64,000 nt of DNA, taken from Candidatus Poribacteria bacterium (GTDB taxonomy: Bacteria > Poribacteria > WGA-4E > PCPOR2b). The notes under the pieces are model-generated. The model was not told the origin of the DNA. It did no database searches and saw nothing but the letters and a program-made list of their open reading frames with translations. A program made the position numbers and the translations under genes. Shown here piece by piece: positions 20,548 through 32,059 of this stretch (positions within the stretch are counted from its first letter, which is position 1; each line of letters opens with the position of its first letter). The stretch spans positions 3,744,001 through 3,808,000 of the forward strand of contig OZ242351.1 of assembly GCA_965208675.1 (NCBI GenBank), given 5' to 3'.

Positions 20548-23277
20548 ATGGCGACGATTTATATTGACAATAAACCTTATGATGTTGCCGATGACCAGAA
20601 CTTGCTGCAGGCGGTGCTTTCATTAGGGTTGAATCTTCCTTATTTTTGCTGGCATCCTGCATTGGGTTCGGTTGGCGCGTGCCGCCAGTGCGCCATAAAG
20701 CAGTTTCGTGATGAAGAGGATTCGCGCGGCAAGATAGTCATGGCTTGTATGACGCCGGTGAATTCCAAAAGCCTCATTCCTCCGCTCAATGAGACACGTA
20801 TTTCCGTTGATGATGAAGAGGCGGAACATTTTCGAGAGAGCGTCATCGAATGGCTGATGGTCAATCACCCGCACGATTGTCCGGTGTGCGATGAGGGCGG
20901 AAGTTGCCATCTTCAGGATATGACGGTGATGACGGGACATAATTATCGGCGTTACCGCTTCAACAAGCGTACTCACCGGAATCAATACCTCGGCCCCTTT
21001 ATCAACCATGAGATGAATCGCTGTATCGCCTGCTACCGGTGTGTCCGTTTCTATCGGGATTACGGCGGCGGGGATGACTTGTCAGTGATGGCGTCGCGCG
21101 GAGAGGTTTATTTTGGCCGCTTCGAGGACGGTGTTTTGGAAAGTGAGTTTAGCGGCAACTTGGTTGAGGTGTGCCCCACCGGCGTATTTACCGACAAAAC
21201 GTACAAGGAACACTATACGCGGAAATGGGACCTTCAGACTGCACCATCTATCTGTGTACATTGCAGCCTTGGCTGCAACACCATACCCGGCGAGCGTTAC
21301 GGCGAAATCCGGACGATTCTTAGCCGATACAACGGGGATGTCAACGGTTATTTTTTGTGTGACCGCGGGCGTTTCGGTTACGGTTTTGTGAATAGCGGCC
21401 AGCGCATCCGCCAACCCCTGATTCGCAACGATGCAGGCGGCTTGGAATCGAGCACACCGGAGGCTGTAGGCGATAAGCTCGCGAGCTTTCTGTCGAATGG
21501 AGCGAAGATGATTGGGATTGGATCGCCGCGTGCATCGCTGGAAGCTAATTTTGCATTGCGAACGCTGGTGGGCGCGGATCGATTCTACAACGGCATGTCC
21601 GCGGACGATTCCCGGCTGGTGGCAAGGGCAATCCGAATTCTTCAAGAGGGACCTGCGCGTACACCCACGCTTCGGGAAGTAGAATCTGCGGATGCCGTGT
21701 TTGTGCTCGGTGAAGATTTGACGAACACAGCACCACGGCTGGATTTGGCGGTTAAACAATCGGTGCGCCGGAAACCTATTGAGCGTGCGGCTATGCTTAG
21801 AATTCCAGAGTGGGACGATGCATCGGTGCGCGAACTTGTTCAAGATGAAAAAGGTCCGTTTTTCATTGCTACGCCAAACCCGACAAAACTAGACAATATT
21901 GCCACCCAGACTTACCGTGCAACTCCCGACGATTTGGCGCGTTTGGGGTTTGCGGTCGCTCATGCACTTGACCCTGCTGCACCGTCCGTTACGGACTTAC
22001 CTGACGAAGTCGCTCAACTCGCCGATAGCATCGCACAAGCGCTCAAGGAATCAACACGCCCACTGGTTATCTCGGGCACCAGCTGTGCAAGCGAAGCGGT
22101 CATGCAAGCCGCAGCGAATGTAGCGTGGGCGTTGTGCCAAGACGAGTGTGCCGGAGAGGTCTATTTTGTTGTACCCGAATGTAATAGTGCCGGTGTAAGA
22201 CTCATGGCGGAGCGCGGTGTCGATGCCGCAATTGAGGCTGTGCAGGCGAACCAGGCAGATACTGTCATTGTCTTGGAAAACGACCTCTACCGACGAGCGG
22301 CAGGTACATCAGTTGATACACTCCTTGATACCGCCGAGCATGTCATCGCGATCGACCATCAAACGCACCGAACGACTGAAAAGGCCGAAGCGGTGCTTCC
22401 CGCGGGGACTTTCGCGGAGTCGGATGGGACGTTCGTAAGCAGCGAGGGACGCGCACAGCGTTTTTATCAAGTGTTTGTTTCTAACGGAGACGAAAAGGAG
22501 AGTTGGCGGTGGCTGCAGGAATTGATGGGAGCCGCCGGTCAACTTGAAGCGCCAGCGTGGGAAAATCTGGATGACATCACCGCCGGGCTGGCACAAGCCT
22601 ACCCGATTTTTGAAGCCATTCCAGAAATTGCCCCGCCTGCAGGATTTCGGGTTGTAGGCCAGAAGATACCGCGCCAGTCCCCCCGGCACAGTGGGCGGAC
22701 ATCCGTACTGGCAGACGTGAATGTCAGCGAACCCAAACCGCCGGCGGATTCGGATTCACCGTTTTCCTTCTCAATGGAAGGTTACACGGGTGCACCGCCT
22801 TCTGCGCTAATCTCACGCTTCTGGTCGCCGGGCTGGAATTCGCCTCAAGCGATAAACAAATTCCAGATTGAGGTGGGCGGCCACTTGCATGGCGGCGACC
22901 CCGGGCGGCGTCTCATCGAACCTTCGAATGATGCGAAGCCCGATTACTTCAAAGATGTTCCTGCCTCGTTTAAACCGCGCGGCGGGGAATTGTTAATTAT
23001 GCCGCTTTACCACATTTTCGGATCCGATGAGTTGAGCATCCTCTCCCCCGCCGTCGCCGAGCGGTCACCGCAACCTTATCTGGCGCTTAACCCAAATGCT
23101 GCTGCTAGCCTTCAGGTACGTGATGGGGAAGTTGTTGAAATCACCTTGGGCGGCGTTGTCCAACGTTTACCTGCCAAGATATCACCGGAGTTGCCCGAAG
23201 GCACTGCCGGGTTGCCTGTCGGTTTATATGGGCTATGCGGGGTTACCCTGCCAGCGTGGAGCCGCGTTAAGAAATAA
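20548..23277 (+). CDS. nuoG: NADH-quinone oxidoreductase subunit G
   Basis: Motifs FCWHP..GACRQC, HPHDCPVCDEGG, CIACYRC and CVHCSLGC; long E. coli-type form. Confidence 0.97.
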   Translation: MATIYIDNKPYDVADDQNLLQAVLSLGLNLPYFCWHPALGSVGACRQCAIKQFRDEEDSRGKIVMACMTPVNSKSLIPPLNETRISVDDEEAEHFRESVIEWLMVNHPHDCPVCDEGGSCHLQDMTVMTGHNYRRYRFNKRTHRNQYLGPFINHEMNRCIACYRCVRFYRDYGGGDDLSVMASRGEVYFGRFEDGVLESEFSGNLVEVCPTGVFTDKTYKEHYTRKWDLQTAPSICVHCSLGCNTIPGERYGEIRTILSRYNGDVNGYFLCDRGRFGYGFVNSGQRIRQPLIRNDAGGLESSTPEAVGDKLASFLSNGAKMIGIGSPRASLEANFALRTLVGADRFYNGMSADDSRLVARAIRILQEGPARTPTLREVESADAVFVLGEDLTNTAPRLDLAVKQSVRRKPIERAAMLRIPEWDDASVRELVQDEKGPFFIATPNPTKLDNIATQTYRATPDDLARLGFAVAHALDPAAPSVTDLPDEVAQLADSIAQALKESTRPLVISGTSCASEAVMQAAANVAWALCQDECAGEVYFVVPECNSAGVRLMAERGVDAAIEAVQANQADTVIVLENDLYRRAAGTSVDTLLDTAEHVIAIDHQTHRTTEKAEAVLPAGTFAESDGTFVSSEGRAQRFYQVFVSNGDEKESWRWLQELMGAAGQLEAPAWENLDDITAGLAQAYPIFEAIPEIAPPAGFRVVGQKIPRQSPRHSGRTSVLADVNVSEPKPPADSDSPFSFSMEGYTGAPPSALISRFWSPGWNSPQAINKFQIEVGGHLHGGDPGRRLIEPSNDAKPDYFKDVPASFKPRGGELLIMPLYHIFGSDELSILSPAVAERSPQPYLALNPNAAASLQVRDGEVVEITLGGVVQRLPAKISPELPEGTAGLPVGLYGLCGVTLPAWSRVKK

Positions 23278-23372
23278 AATTCACGATTTGAGCATCTTCA
23301 GAGGACGATAAGCGTTCATCATTTTTCAAAAACTTCCACAATCTCTTGTAGTTCTATTCTTCTATAGATGAA

Positions 23373-24338
23373 GTGCACGATATGATGCAAAGTGTTCATC
23401 CGCTCATTATCACACTTGGTGTTCTATTTGTTGTGGTGAACACTGCTGCGCTGCTTATCTGGTTAGAGCGGCGGCTGCTGGCGCTTTGGCAGGATCGGTA
23501 CGGGCCCAACCGCGTCGGACCATTCGGGCTTTTACAGGTTCTTGCGGATATGATTAAGATTTTCACGAAAGAAGATTGGGTGCCGCCGTTTGCCGATAAA
23601 CCGGTGTTTATCTTGGCGCCGGCAGTGATTGTTATAGCAGTCCTGATGTCCTTCGCTGTAATCCCATTTTCACCCGGTATCTGGGTTGTGGATCTCAATA
23701 TCGGTCTGCTGTTTTTCTTAGCGATGTCGTCAATGGGCGTTTACAGCGTGGTGTTGGCTGGTTGGGCTTCGAATAACAAATACTCCCTCCTCGGAGGTAT
23801 GCGGGCAGCGGCGCAGATGTTGAGTTACGAAGTCTTTATGGGTCTGTCGCTCATGGGCGTGGTGATGATGGCGGGTTCGTTTAATCTGCGCGAGATTGTA
23901 GAAGCGCAAAAGGGAATGTGGTTTTTCATTCCGCAGATTTTTGGACTTGTGGCCTTCATGGTTGCCGGCATTGCCGAGACGCACCGATTGCCGTTCGACT
24001 TGCCGGAGGCAGAGAGCGAATTAGTCGCGGGGTATCACTCCGAATATTCCGGGATGAAGTTTGGCATGTTTTTCGTCGGAGAGTACCTTGGCGTCACGCT
24101 CATTTCAGCGTTTATAACCACGCTATTCTTCGGGGGGTGGCTGGGGCCTAGCTTCCTCCCTCCGATTGTCTGGTTCATTCTTAAAACATTCGTCTTCATC
24201 TGTTTTTTCATATTGCTCCGCGCCTCTCTTCCACGTCCGCGCTACGATCAACTTATGGCGTACGGGTGGAAAGTGATGCTGCCACTGGCATTGGCGAATC
24301 TGATAGTCACCGGCGGGATTATTCTTGCAATTGGCTAG
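23373..24338 (+). CDS. nuoH: NADH-quinone oxidoreductase subunit H
   Basis: Motifs [16 protein letters not shown] and [13 protein letters not shown]. Confidence 0.97.
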   Translation: MHDMMQSVHPLIITLGVLFVVVNTAALLIWLERRLLALWQDRYGPNRVGPFGLLQVLADMIKIFTKEDWVPPFADKPVFILAPAVIVIAVLMSFAVIPFSPGIWVVDLNIGLLFFLAMSSMGVYSVVLAGWASNNKYSLLGGMRAAAQMLSYEVFMGLSLMGVVMMAGSFNLREIVEAQKGMWFFIPQIFGLVAFMVAGIAETHRLPFDLPEAESELVAGYHSEYSGMKFGMFFVGEYLGVTLISAFITTLFFGGWLGPSFLPPIVWFILKTFVFICFFILLRASLPRPRYDQLMAYGWKVMLPLALANLIVTGGIILAIG

Positions 24339-24473
24339 AATATTTGGGCGGCAAGGATTTCAAGTTCTCAACTTGGGGTCGACTTGACAAATTTTACGGG
24401 AACGAACCGAGAATTAGGTGTAACAATTGAGGTTACACATCATGTTTAAGGTGATGTGTAGTGGGGAATTATC

Positions 24474-24989
24474 ATGATTAGCTTGCTTAGGAGTATTTGG
24501 CTTGTCTTCTTACACATGTTTCGGAAACGGGTAACAATTCAGTACCCTGATGAAAAACCGAATTTGCCGCCTCGGTGGAGAGGCCGTATTGTCCTTACGC
24601 AAGACCCTGACGGCGAGGAACGTTGTGTTGCCTGCTATCTCTGCGCAGTGGCGTGTCCTGTTGACTGCATTGCTCTTCAAGCGACGGAGGATGATAATGG
24701 CAGGCGTTATCCCGATTTTTTTCGTATTAACTTCTCGCGTTGTATTTTCTGTGGCTTCTGCGAAGATGCATGTCCTACCTATGCTATACAACTCACTCCT
24801 GATTTTGAGATGGCTGAATACAATCGGCAGAGCTTGGTTTACGAGAAGGAAGATTTGTTAATCAATGGTCCCGGCAAGTATCCCGATTACAACTTCTATC
24901 GGTTCGCCGGTATGTCGATTGGCGGGAAAGATAAGGGTGAAGCGGAGAACGAAGACCCGCCCGTGGATGTGCATAGTCTCATGCCATAG
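24474..24989 (+). CDS. nuoI: NADH-quinone oxidoreductase subunit I
   Basis: Two CxxCxxCxxxCP motifs. Confidence 0.97.
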   Translation: MISLLRSIWLVFLHMFRKRVTIQYPDEKPNLPPRWRGRIVLTQDPDGEERCVACYLCAVACPVDCIALQATEDDNGRRYPDFFRINFSRCIFCGFCEDACPTYAIQLTPDFEMAEYNRQSLVYEKEDLLINGPGKYPDYNFYRFAGMSIGGKDKGEAENEDPPVDVHSLMP

Positions 24990-25050
24990 TGCGCGATAAC
25001 GTGACAATTTTGGTCGTTGCGTAAAGCGCGAATTAGAGAATGGAAAACAT

Positions 25051-25563
25051 ATGACCGTTGTATTCTGGATATCCGCTGCGGTTACTGTCATCTCGACTGT
25101 TATGGTCATTACGCGGCGCAATGTGGTACATGCGCTGCTTTATTTAATCGTGTCGCTGTTGGCGATGGCAGTGATTTTTTTCTCGCTGGGGGCTCCTTTT
25201 GTTGCGGCGTTGGAAGTAATCGTTTATGCCGGCGCTATAATGGTGCTCTTTATCTTCGTGGTCATGATGTTAAACTTAGGCGCACGGGCGTCCCAGCAGG
25301 AGCGTCAATGGTTAAAACCGCGGATGATGATAGGGCCTGCAATTTTGGCAGCCATCCTAATGATTGAGTTAGGGTATGCGATTTTCGCCGGCGGTGGTAC
25401 CGAACTCATATCGGGCGGACCTGTAGGTGCGAAACAGGTGGGTATGTCCCTCTTCGAAACCTATCTGTTGGGCGTTGAACTGGCGTCTATTCTGCTGCTT
25501 GCCGGACTGGTCGGCGCATATCATCTCGGTCGGCGCGATAAAAGCGAGGAGGGAGAGTCGTAA
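25051..25563 (+). CDS. nuoJ: NADH-quinone oxidoreductase subunit J
   Basis: Motifs VHALLYL and [17 protein letters not shown]. Confidence 0.96.
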   Translation: MTVVFWISAAVTVISTVMVITRRNVVHALLYLIVSLLAMAVIFFSLGAPFVAALEVIVYAGAIMVLFIFVVMMLNLGARASQQERQWLKPRMMIGPAILAAILMIELGYAIFAGGGTELISGGPVGAKQVGMSLFETYLLGVELASILLLAGLVGAYHLGRRDKSEEGES

Positions 25564-25871
25564 TGGCGGCGGTTTCTATGGAACATGGATTAATCTTGGC
25601 GGGCGTTCTCTTTTCGTTAGGGCTGATTGGTGTCCTTGTGCGCCGAAATATTATTTTCATGCTAATGTCGATTGAGGTCATGTTAAACGCATCGGGTTTA
25701 GCGTTTGTCGTTGCTGGTTCAAGATGGGAAACGGCGGATGGGCAGGTGATGTTTATATTCATCTTGACAATGGCAGCAGCAGAAGTTGCTGTCGGTTTGG
25801 CGTTGGTTCTTCAACTGTACCGCCGATTCAAGACGCTGGATGTTGACGCAGCAAGCAAAATGCGGGGGTGA
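25563..25871 (+). CDS. nuoK: NADH-quinone oxidoreductase subunit K
   Basis: Motifs [17 protein letters not shown] and [10 protein letters not shown]. Confidence 0.96.
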   Translation: MAAVSMEHGLILAGVLFSLGLIGVLVRRNIIFMLMSIEVMLNASGLAFVVAGSRWETADGQVMFIFILTMAAAEVAVGLALVLQLYRRFKTLDVDAASKMRG

Positions 25872-25872
25872 T

Positions 25873-27780
25873 ATGCTGGAATTATTGTGGTTGATTCCTA
25901 TTTTGCCATTCATCGGTTTTCTGGTGTTGGTGTTAATCGGCGCTCGACTTTCCCGCGTCGGCGCAGCAGCTATCGGCGTGGGCTCGATAGGGATATCGGC
26001 GGTAGTATCTCTGCTGGTTGGGTTTAGCTTTATGAATTCACCGCCGCCGGGCGATGCTTTTTCACAAACGCTCTGGACCTGGATGGAGGTCGGCAGTTTT
26101 GCACCGGGGATAACCTTTCATCTGGATGCGCTCTCTCTGCTTATGACCCTCGTTGTAACGGTTGTTGGTTTCCTTATTCACCTATATTCGACCGAGTATA
26201 TGAACGGCGAGGATGGATACAGCCGGTTCTTCGCTTACATGAATCTGTTCGTCGGCTCGATGTTGACCTTGATACTCGCCGATAATCTGATACTGCTTTA
26301 TCTCGGTTGGGAGGGAGTCGGCCTTTGTAGTTACCTGCTGATTGGTTTCTGGTATAAAGACCCCGCCAATGGGCTTGCGGCTCGGAAAGCCTTCACGGTT
26401 ACCCGGGTAGGCGATACGGCGATGGCGCTCGGTCTATTTCTTCTTTTTGCCCACTTTGGAACGCTAAACTTCCACGGCGACGGTGGCATTTTGGCGATGG
26501 CAAAGTCGCAGTGGATGGAAGGTTCCGGTTTAGCTATTGCGGCGGCGGCACTGCTACTCGGCGGGGCGCTGGGCAAGTCTGGCCAACTTCCATTACAGAC
26601 GTGGCTGCCTGATGCGATGGCAGGTCCTACACCTGTGAGTGCGCTTATCCACGCAGCGACCATGGTAACCGCAGGTGTCTACCTTATCGCCCGTACGTAT
26701 GTATTATTTGAACTTGCACCACCAGTACAATTCGCCGTGGCGTTGATTGGAACGATAACGCTGTTTGTTGCAGGATGCAGCGCGCTGACGCAGCGGGATA
26801 TGAAGCGGATTTTGGCGTATTCCACCATCAGTCAAATCGGCTACATGTTCCTCGCGCTCGGGGTGGGTGCTTGGTCTGCCGCTATGTTCCACTTTATGAC
26901 ACACGCCTTTTTCAAAGCGCTCCTCTTCCTTGGCGCTGGCGTGGTGATATTGGCGCTTCATCATGAACAGGACATATTTAATATGGGGGGCTTGCGGCGT
27001 GCGCTGCCTTTAACGTCCAAGACGTTTATTGTCGGCGCCGCGGCGTTAGCCGGTTTTCCATTCATTACCGCCGGTTTCTACAGTAAGGATTTGATTCTCT
27101 GGAAGGTGTGGTCAGCGCATCAACCGTGGCTTTATATAGTGGGGCTGGGAGGGGCGCTGCTCACCGCTCTTTACTCATTCCGATTGGTATTTATCGCCTT
27201 CTTTGGCGAGGCGAAAGGCCATGTGGACAAAAAGCCGGGCGCGTGCATGAAGATTCCATTGACGATTTTGGCTGCGTTAGCAATTATCGGAGGTTTAATC
27301 GAACTACCTCATGCGTGGGGAAATTGGCAGCCGTTCTCGAAGTTCATGGAATCCGCGTTCCCATTGACTGCCTCAGTTGAGCATGGTGGACACGGCAAAG
27401 CGGCGGCGGAATTGATTCTACAGGGCATCGCTGTTGTTGTTTCAGTCGTGGGCATATCCTTGGCGTACCTGTTCTTCCTGCGCAAACGAACCTTCGTTGA
27501 GGGTGTTGCAGGCTCGTCCGTCGGCGTTGCCGTGCACCGTTTTTGGTTTGCGGGATGGGGCTTTGACTGGTTATATGACAAGGTATTCGTCCAGCCCGTG
27601 GTCTGGGCAGCGCGCATCAACAAGAATGACATCATTGATTTTATCTATCGTTTATTCGCGGGAATTATACAGATTTTCCACTTTATTTTTTGCCTCACGC
27701 AAACCGGGCGTGTACGATGGTATGCGGTTGGAATCGCGTTTGGCGCCGTCGTCATTGTGGCAATGGTTGTGTTGTCTTAA
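25873..27780 (+). CDS. nuoL: NADH-quinone oxidoreductase subunit L
   Basis: Motifs GWEGVGLCSYLLIGF and WLPDAMAGPTPVSALIHAATMV; start placed at the ATG immediately after nuoK. Confidence 0.96.
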   Translation: MLELLWLIPILPFIGFLVLVLIGARLSRVGAAAIGVGSIGISAVVSLLVGFSFMNSPPPGDAFSQTLWTWMEVGSFAPGITFHLDALSLLMTLVVTVVGFLIHLYSTEYMNGEDGYSRFFAYMNLFVGSMLTLILADNLILLYLGWEGVGLCSYLLIGFWYKDPANGLAARKAFTVTRVGDTAMALGLFLLFAHFGTLNFHGDGGILAMAKSQWMEGSGLAIAAAALLLGGALGKSGQLPLQTWLPDAMAGPTPVSALIHAATMVTAGVYLIARTYVLFELAPPVQFAVALIGTITLFVAGCSALTQRDMKRILAYSTISQIGYMFLALGVGAWSAAMFHFMTHAFFKALLFLGAGVVILALHHEQDIFNMGGLRRALPLTSKTFIVGAAALAGFPFITAGFYSKDLILWKVWSAHQPWLYIVGLGGALLTALYSFRLVFIAFFGEAKGHVDKKPGACMKIPLTILAALAIIGGLIELPHAWGNWQPFSKFMESAFPLTASVEHGGHGKAAAELILQGIAVVVSVVGISLAYLFFLRKRTFVEGVAGSSVGVAVHRFWFAGWGFDWLYDKVFVQPVVWAARINKNDIIDFIYRLFAGIIQIFHFIFCLTQTGRVRWYAVGIAFGAVVIVAMVVLS

Positions 27781-27915
27781 ATGCGCGTGGATGGTATGCG
27801 GATGAGGTAACGTAGGTTACGTTGATAGATTTGATCAGCCAACTACCTAGCATGTCTTTTATTCGGTGTTTCCCCTATTGAACCAATCTGTTGGATTCGT
27901 AATTAGCGATTACTT

Positions 27916-29514
27916 ATGATATTAACGTGGCTCATTGTCATTCCACTTATCGGCGGCGTTCTGGCGTGGATTTTGGCTCGCCAAAATTCTTCATTGCCAC
28001 GCTGGATTTGCCTGCTTGCTCTAGCAATAGACCTGGTGTTAGTTTTGGGTCTTTGGGTGCAGCATTCTGACCATGTTGCGTTATCAGGCGGTTCGGAGTG
28101 GTTGGTTGAATTAGATGTGCCGTGGATTCCCATTCACAATGGCACAATCCACTTCCATCTCGGTATGGACGGTCTGAGCCTTGTGATGATTGCGCTCACC
28201 GTTTTCTTGGGTATTGTGAGTGTGGGCGCCTCGTGGACCGAGATTAAGGAGCGCGTTGGCTTTTTCCACTTTAACCTGATGTGGATAGTGTCGGGGATTA
28301 TGGGCGTGTTCCTCGCGCTGGATCTCGTGCTCTTCTATTTCTTCTGGGAAATGATGTTGATACCGATGTATTTCTTGATTGGTATCTGGGGACACGAGAA
28401 CCGCATCTACGCAGCAGTCAAATTCTTCATTTTTACGCAGGCGAGCGGCTTATTTATGCTGTTGGCGATTGTGGGATTGTATTTCATTCACGGGAGCGCC
28501 AGCGGCACCTATACGTTTGATTATACAAAGTTGCTTGACAACTCGATATCAGCGTCTACAGCGAAGTGGTTGATGCTGGGTTTCCTCATCGCTTTCGTTG
28601 TGAAATTACCCGCCTTTCCGGTACATAGTTGGCTGCCTGATGCGCATACCGAAGCACCCACTGCCGGCAGCGTTGTACTCGCGGGGCTTCTGTTAAAGAC
28701 CGGCGCCTATGGACTGCTGCGCTTTGTGGTGCCGTTGTTTCCTGAAGCTGCCCGTGACTTTGCTCCTATAGCGATGCTGTTGGGTGTGATTGGCATTTTG
28801 TACGGCGCTATCCTCGCTTTTGCACAAACTGACCTGAAGCGGCTTGTGGCGTACACGAGCGTGAGCCATATGGGATTTGTACTTTTGGGTGTCTTCGCCT
28901 GGAATGAATTGGCGCTACAAGGTGTCGTAATACAGATGATTTGCCACGGCATCAGTACCGGCGCACTCTTTATTCTCGTTGGGGCGTTATACGAGCGGAT
29001 TCATACTCGCGACTTGAATCGTATGGGCGGGCTTTGGGCAGCAGTCCCGCGTATGAGTGCGGTGGGGATGGTCTTCGCCATGGCGTCGCTTGGGTTACCC
29101 GGATTAGGCAATTTTGTCGGTGAGTTCTTGGTGTTGATGGGAGCTTTCCAAGTCAACATTGCGATGACCGCGCTGGCAGCGGTCGGCCTTGTCTTTGCTA
29201 CGGTATATTCGCTGTGGATAATGCAGCGTGCTTTCCACGGCCCCATTCAGGAAGATTTGAAACTGCCGGATCTTTCTGCCCGCGATATGGCGATGATGTT
29301 GGCTTTAATCGTTGCAATCGTTTGGTTGGGGCTTTATCCCCAGCCGGTACTCAACACAACTAAACCTGCACTTGAAGACCTTCAGGAAAGAACATCTCAA
29401 AGCAGCACATTACTGCCAAACCGTGAGATGCATGGTATGAGGTTGGAAAAATCACTTCAGGAATCAATCCGTTTATCGAAATTCAGTGCAAGTTCTACGA
29501 TCATCACCACCTGA
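27916..29514 (+). CDS. nuoM: NADH-quinone oxidoreductase subunit M
   Basis: Motifs FWEMMLIPMYFLI, HSWLPDAHTEAPTAGS and LVAYTSVSHMG. Confidence 0.96.
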   Translation: MILTWLIVIPLIGGVLAWILARQNSSLPRWICLLALAIDLVLVLGLWVQHSDHVALSGGSEWLVELDVPWIPIHNGTIHFHLGMDGLSLVMIALTVFLGIVSVGASWTEIKERVGFFHFNLMWIVSGIMGVFLALDLVLFYFFWEMMLIPMYFLIGIWGHENRIYAAVKFFIFTQASGLFMLLAIVGLYFIHGSASGTYTFDYTKLLDNSISASTAKWLMLGFLIAFVVKLPAFPVHSWLPDAHTEAPTAGSVVLAGLLLKTGAYGLLRFVVPLFPEAARDFAPIAMLLGVIGILYGAILAFAQTDLKRLVAYTSVSHMGFVLLGVFAWNELALQGVVIQMICHGISTGALFILVGALYERIHTRDLNRMGGLWAAVPRMSAVGMVFAMASLGLPGLGNFVGEFLVLMGAFQVNIAMTALAAVGLVFATVYSLWIMQRAFHGPIQEDLKLPDLSARDMAMMLALIVAIVWLGLYPQPVLNTTKPALEDLQERTSQSSTLLPNREMHGMRLEKSLQESIRLSKFSASSTIITT

Positions 29515-29561
29515 ATCCCGTACCCTGTGAATTCACCTTATTTGGCTGAAAAAGGTAATTC

Positions 29562-31046
29562 GTGACGACCAAAGATCTCATTGCGATAAGTCCTCTCATT
29601 GTTTTATCGGCTGCGTCAGTCGTGGTACTGTTAGTGACTGCATTCTACCGGAATCACAAGGTAATTGCCGTATTGGCACTGATAGGGATTGCCCTAGCTT
29701 TTGCGGCACTTCCGATGGTTTCCTCCGGGGTGTCGCTGCCAATTACGGTAACACAACTTATCATCCTCGACGGTTACGCCCTGTTCTTCATGGGGCTTCT
29801 CTTTGCGGTGAGTTTTGTTGTGATTCTGATTGCCCATGGCTACCTTGAGAAACGCCAAGGCAATCACGAAGAGTTTTACATTCTTGTGCTCCTGGCGACG
29901 TTGGGTTGTGCAGTATTAGTTGCGAGCAGCCACTTTGCATCTCTCTTCTTGGGATTGGAAATCCTCAGCGTATCCCTTTATGTTTTGATTGCTTATTTGT
30001 ATACCGATGAGCGGAGTATTGAGGCGGGACTAAAATACCTGGTGCTGGCTGCAGTTTCTTCGGCGTTTCTCCTCTTTGGAATGGCGCTGGTTTATGCTGA
30101 ACTTGGGACTATGGACTTCACTCAAATGGGGTCCCGTGCTGATGCCGGCAATCATAGCATGTTGTTGCTTGCCGGTATGGGGCTGATGGTCGTCGGCATA
30201 GGGTTTAAGCTCGCAGTAGTGCCATTTCACCTATGGACACCGGATGTGTACGAGGGTGCGCCGGCGCCGGTAACGGCTTTCGTTGCCACGGCTTCCAAAG
30301 GCGCCGTGGTCGCGCTGCTCATGCGATACTTCGCTTCAGCGGACAGCTACGCCTACGGTTCATTATTCCAAGTATTTACCGTCATCGCTATCGCTTCAAT
30401 GTTTGCTGGAAACTTGATGGCGTTACTGCAGAATAATGTCAAGCGTATCTTGGCTTACTCGTCGATCGCACATTTGGGTTATGTGTTGGTAGCCTTTATT
30501 GCTTTCCGGGGAGACGAAATGATGGCGGTAACGGCGGTAACATTCTATCTGGTAGCTTACTCTGTGACTACCTTAGGCGCCTTTGGTATTATCACAGTGT
30601 TATCCCCGGGTGACAGGGAGGCAGATGCCATTGATGATTATCGAGGACTCGCTTGGCATCGGCCGTGGCTCGCCGGTATATTTACAGCGGTGCTGTTGTC
30701 TCTGGCTGGTATCCCGCTCACGGCGGGCTTTGTTGGAAAATTCTACGTTGTGGCTGCGGGTGTTGGATCCGCGTTATGGTTGTTGTTGGTGCTGCTCGTT
30801 GTGAATAGTACCATTGGACTTTACTATTACCTGCGGGTTGTTGTTGCGATGTACCGAACTCCAGAAGAAAAATCGGGTGAGGCAGCGACCGGCCTAACGG
30901 CTGCGGAATCACCTACTGCGCCTGCCTCTTTGCCGTTGATTGGCGGCGTTGTATTGGCGGGTCTCACGCTACTTATAGTCTGGCTGGGGGTGTATCCGGC
31001 GACGTTGATGCGCGTGATAAAGGCGGCGGTGGATACGCTTGTTTAA
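29562..31046 (+). CDS. nuoN: NADH-quinone oxidoreductase subunit N
   Basis: Motifs EAGLKY, FKLAVVPFHLWTPDVYEGAP and LAYSSIAH. Confidence 0.96.
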   Translation: MTTKDLIAISPLIVLSAASVVVLLVTAFYRNHKVIAVLALIGIALAFAALPMVSSGVSLPITVTQLIILDGYALFFMGLLFAVSFVVILIAHGYLEKRQGNHEEFYILVLLATLGCAVLVASSHFASLFLGLEILSVSLYVLIAYLYTDERSIEAGLKYLVLAAVSSAFLLFGMALVYAELGTMDFTQMGSRADAGNHSMLLLAGMGLMVVGIGFKLAVVPFHLWTPDVYEGAPAPVTAFVATASKGAVVALLMRYFASADSYAYGSLFQVFTVIAIASMFAGNLMALLQNNVKRILAYSSIAHLGYVLVAFIAFRGDEMMAVTAVTFYLVAYSVTTLGAFGIITVLSPGDREADAIDDYRGLAWHRPWLAGIFTAVLLSLAGIPLTAGFVGKFYVVAAGVGSALWLLLVLLVVNSTIGLYYYLRVVVAMYRTPEEKSGEAATGLTAAESPTAPASLPLIGGVVLAGLTLLIVWLGVYPATLMRVIKAAVDTLV

Positions 31047-31086
31047 GCGGATACGGGTTTGTACTTTATAACTTGTACGGCAGAGA

Positions 31087-31698
31087 GTGAGCGGTGTGGC
31101 AGACAATTGTGAAATAGACGAGTTAATTGAACAACTGGGTGAAGCAGATACAGAAACTCAATCTACCGCGATTTCAGGACTGGTTGAAATTGGTGAGCCG
31201 GCTATCCCTGCATTGATAGAGGCATTAGCCAATGTTCTCTGGGATGTATGCGATTGCGCTGCTGATGCATTGGCTCAAATCGGTGTCCCGGCCATCCCCG
31301 CACTAATAGAGGCACTTGCGGATGAACAAAAGAATGTGAGGCTCAATTCTGCGGATGCACTCAGCCGAATCGGTGCACCGGCGGTAAAGGCGTTAATCGA
31401 AGCGCTCAGCGATACGTACCAGCCAGTGCGAGAAAATGCGGTTCGCGCCTTGAGTTTAATTGGTAAACCTGCGAATGAAGCGGTGCCGGCATTGATTCAC
31501 GCATTGCGCGATGATGATACGGAAGTTCGCGTTTATGCAGCGGTCGCACTCGCAAATATCGGTGAGTTTGCGAAAGATGCTGTCCCCGCGTTGATTGGCG
31601 CATTACGCGATGAGTCCGAACGCGTCTGCCAGCACGCGGCTTTTGCACTGCAAAAGACCAGAAGCCCGGAAGCAGAAAAAGCGTTGAGTCAGTTGTGA
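31087..31698 (+). CDS. HEAT/PBS-lyase repeat protein
   Basis: Repeated IG.PA(I/V)PALI.AL.D....VR..AA.AL. Confidence 0.88.
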   Translation: MSGVADNCEIDELIEQLGEADTETQSTAISGLVEIGEPAIPALIEALANVLWDVCDCAADALAQIGVPAIPALIEALADEQKNVRLNSADALSRIGAPAVKALIEALSDTYQPVRENAVRALSLIGKPANEAVPALIHALRDDDTEVRVYAAVALANIGEFAKDAVPALIGALRDESERVCQHAAFALQKTRSPEAEKALSQL

Positions 31699-31733
31699 AA
31701 GTTGGAGGGTTTTACGTGTAAAATAGAATTCAT

Positions 31734-31781
31734 TTGAAAAAAAAGGCTTTTTGTGGTATCCTTTTGTGAATGTATTCCAAA
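31734..31781 (+). promoter_or_regulatory. Putative sigma-70 promoter followed by a Rex-like operator
   Basis: TTGAAA-17 nt-TATCCT with extended TG, then TTGTGAATGTATTCCAAA. Confidence 0.45.
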
Positions 31782-32059
31782 ATGTCCTACCTATTGTTTT
31801 TACCCAGACCTGAAAATATAGACGCGACGCAGCAATTGGCGAATACCGGGAATTTTAAAATGTCAGCGGTACTGACGAATTCCGAGATTTGATTGGATAA
31901 AAAGTTAGTGGTTTGCTGAACTATTTTTCATATTATATCCTGAAATTTCGCGGCTTTTCGAGGGCCGCACAAGATTGAGAAGTTCAGATAAAAACAGAAC
32001 ACAAAAATGAAACGCCTCATATTTTCAGATAATTGAAGTCTGCAATAAAGAGGAATAAA

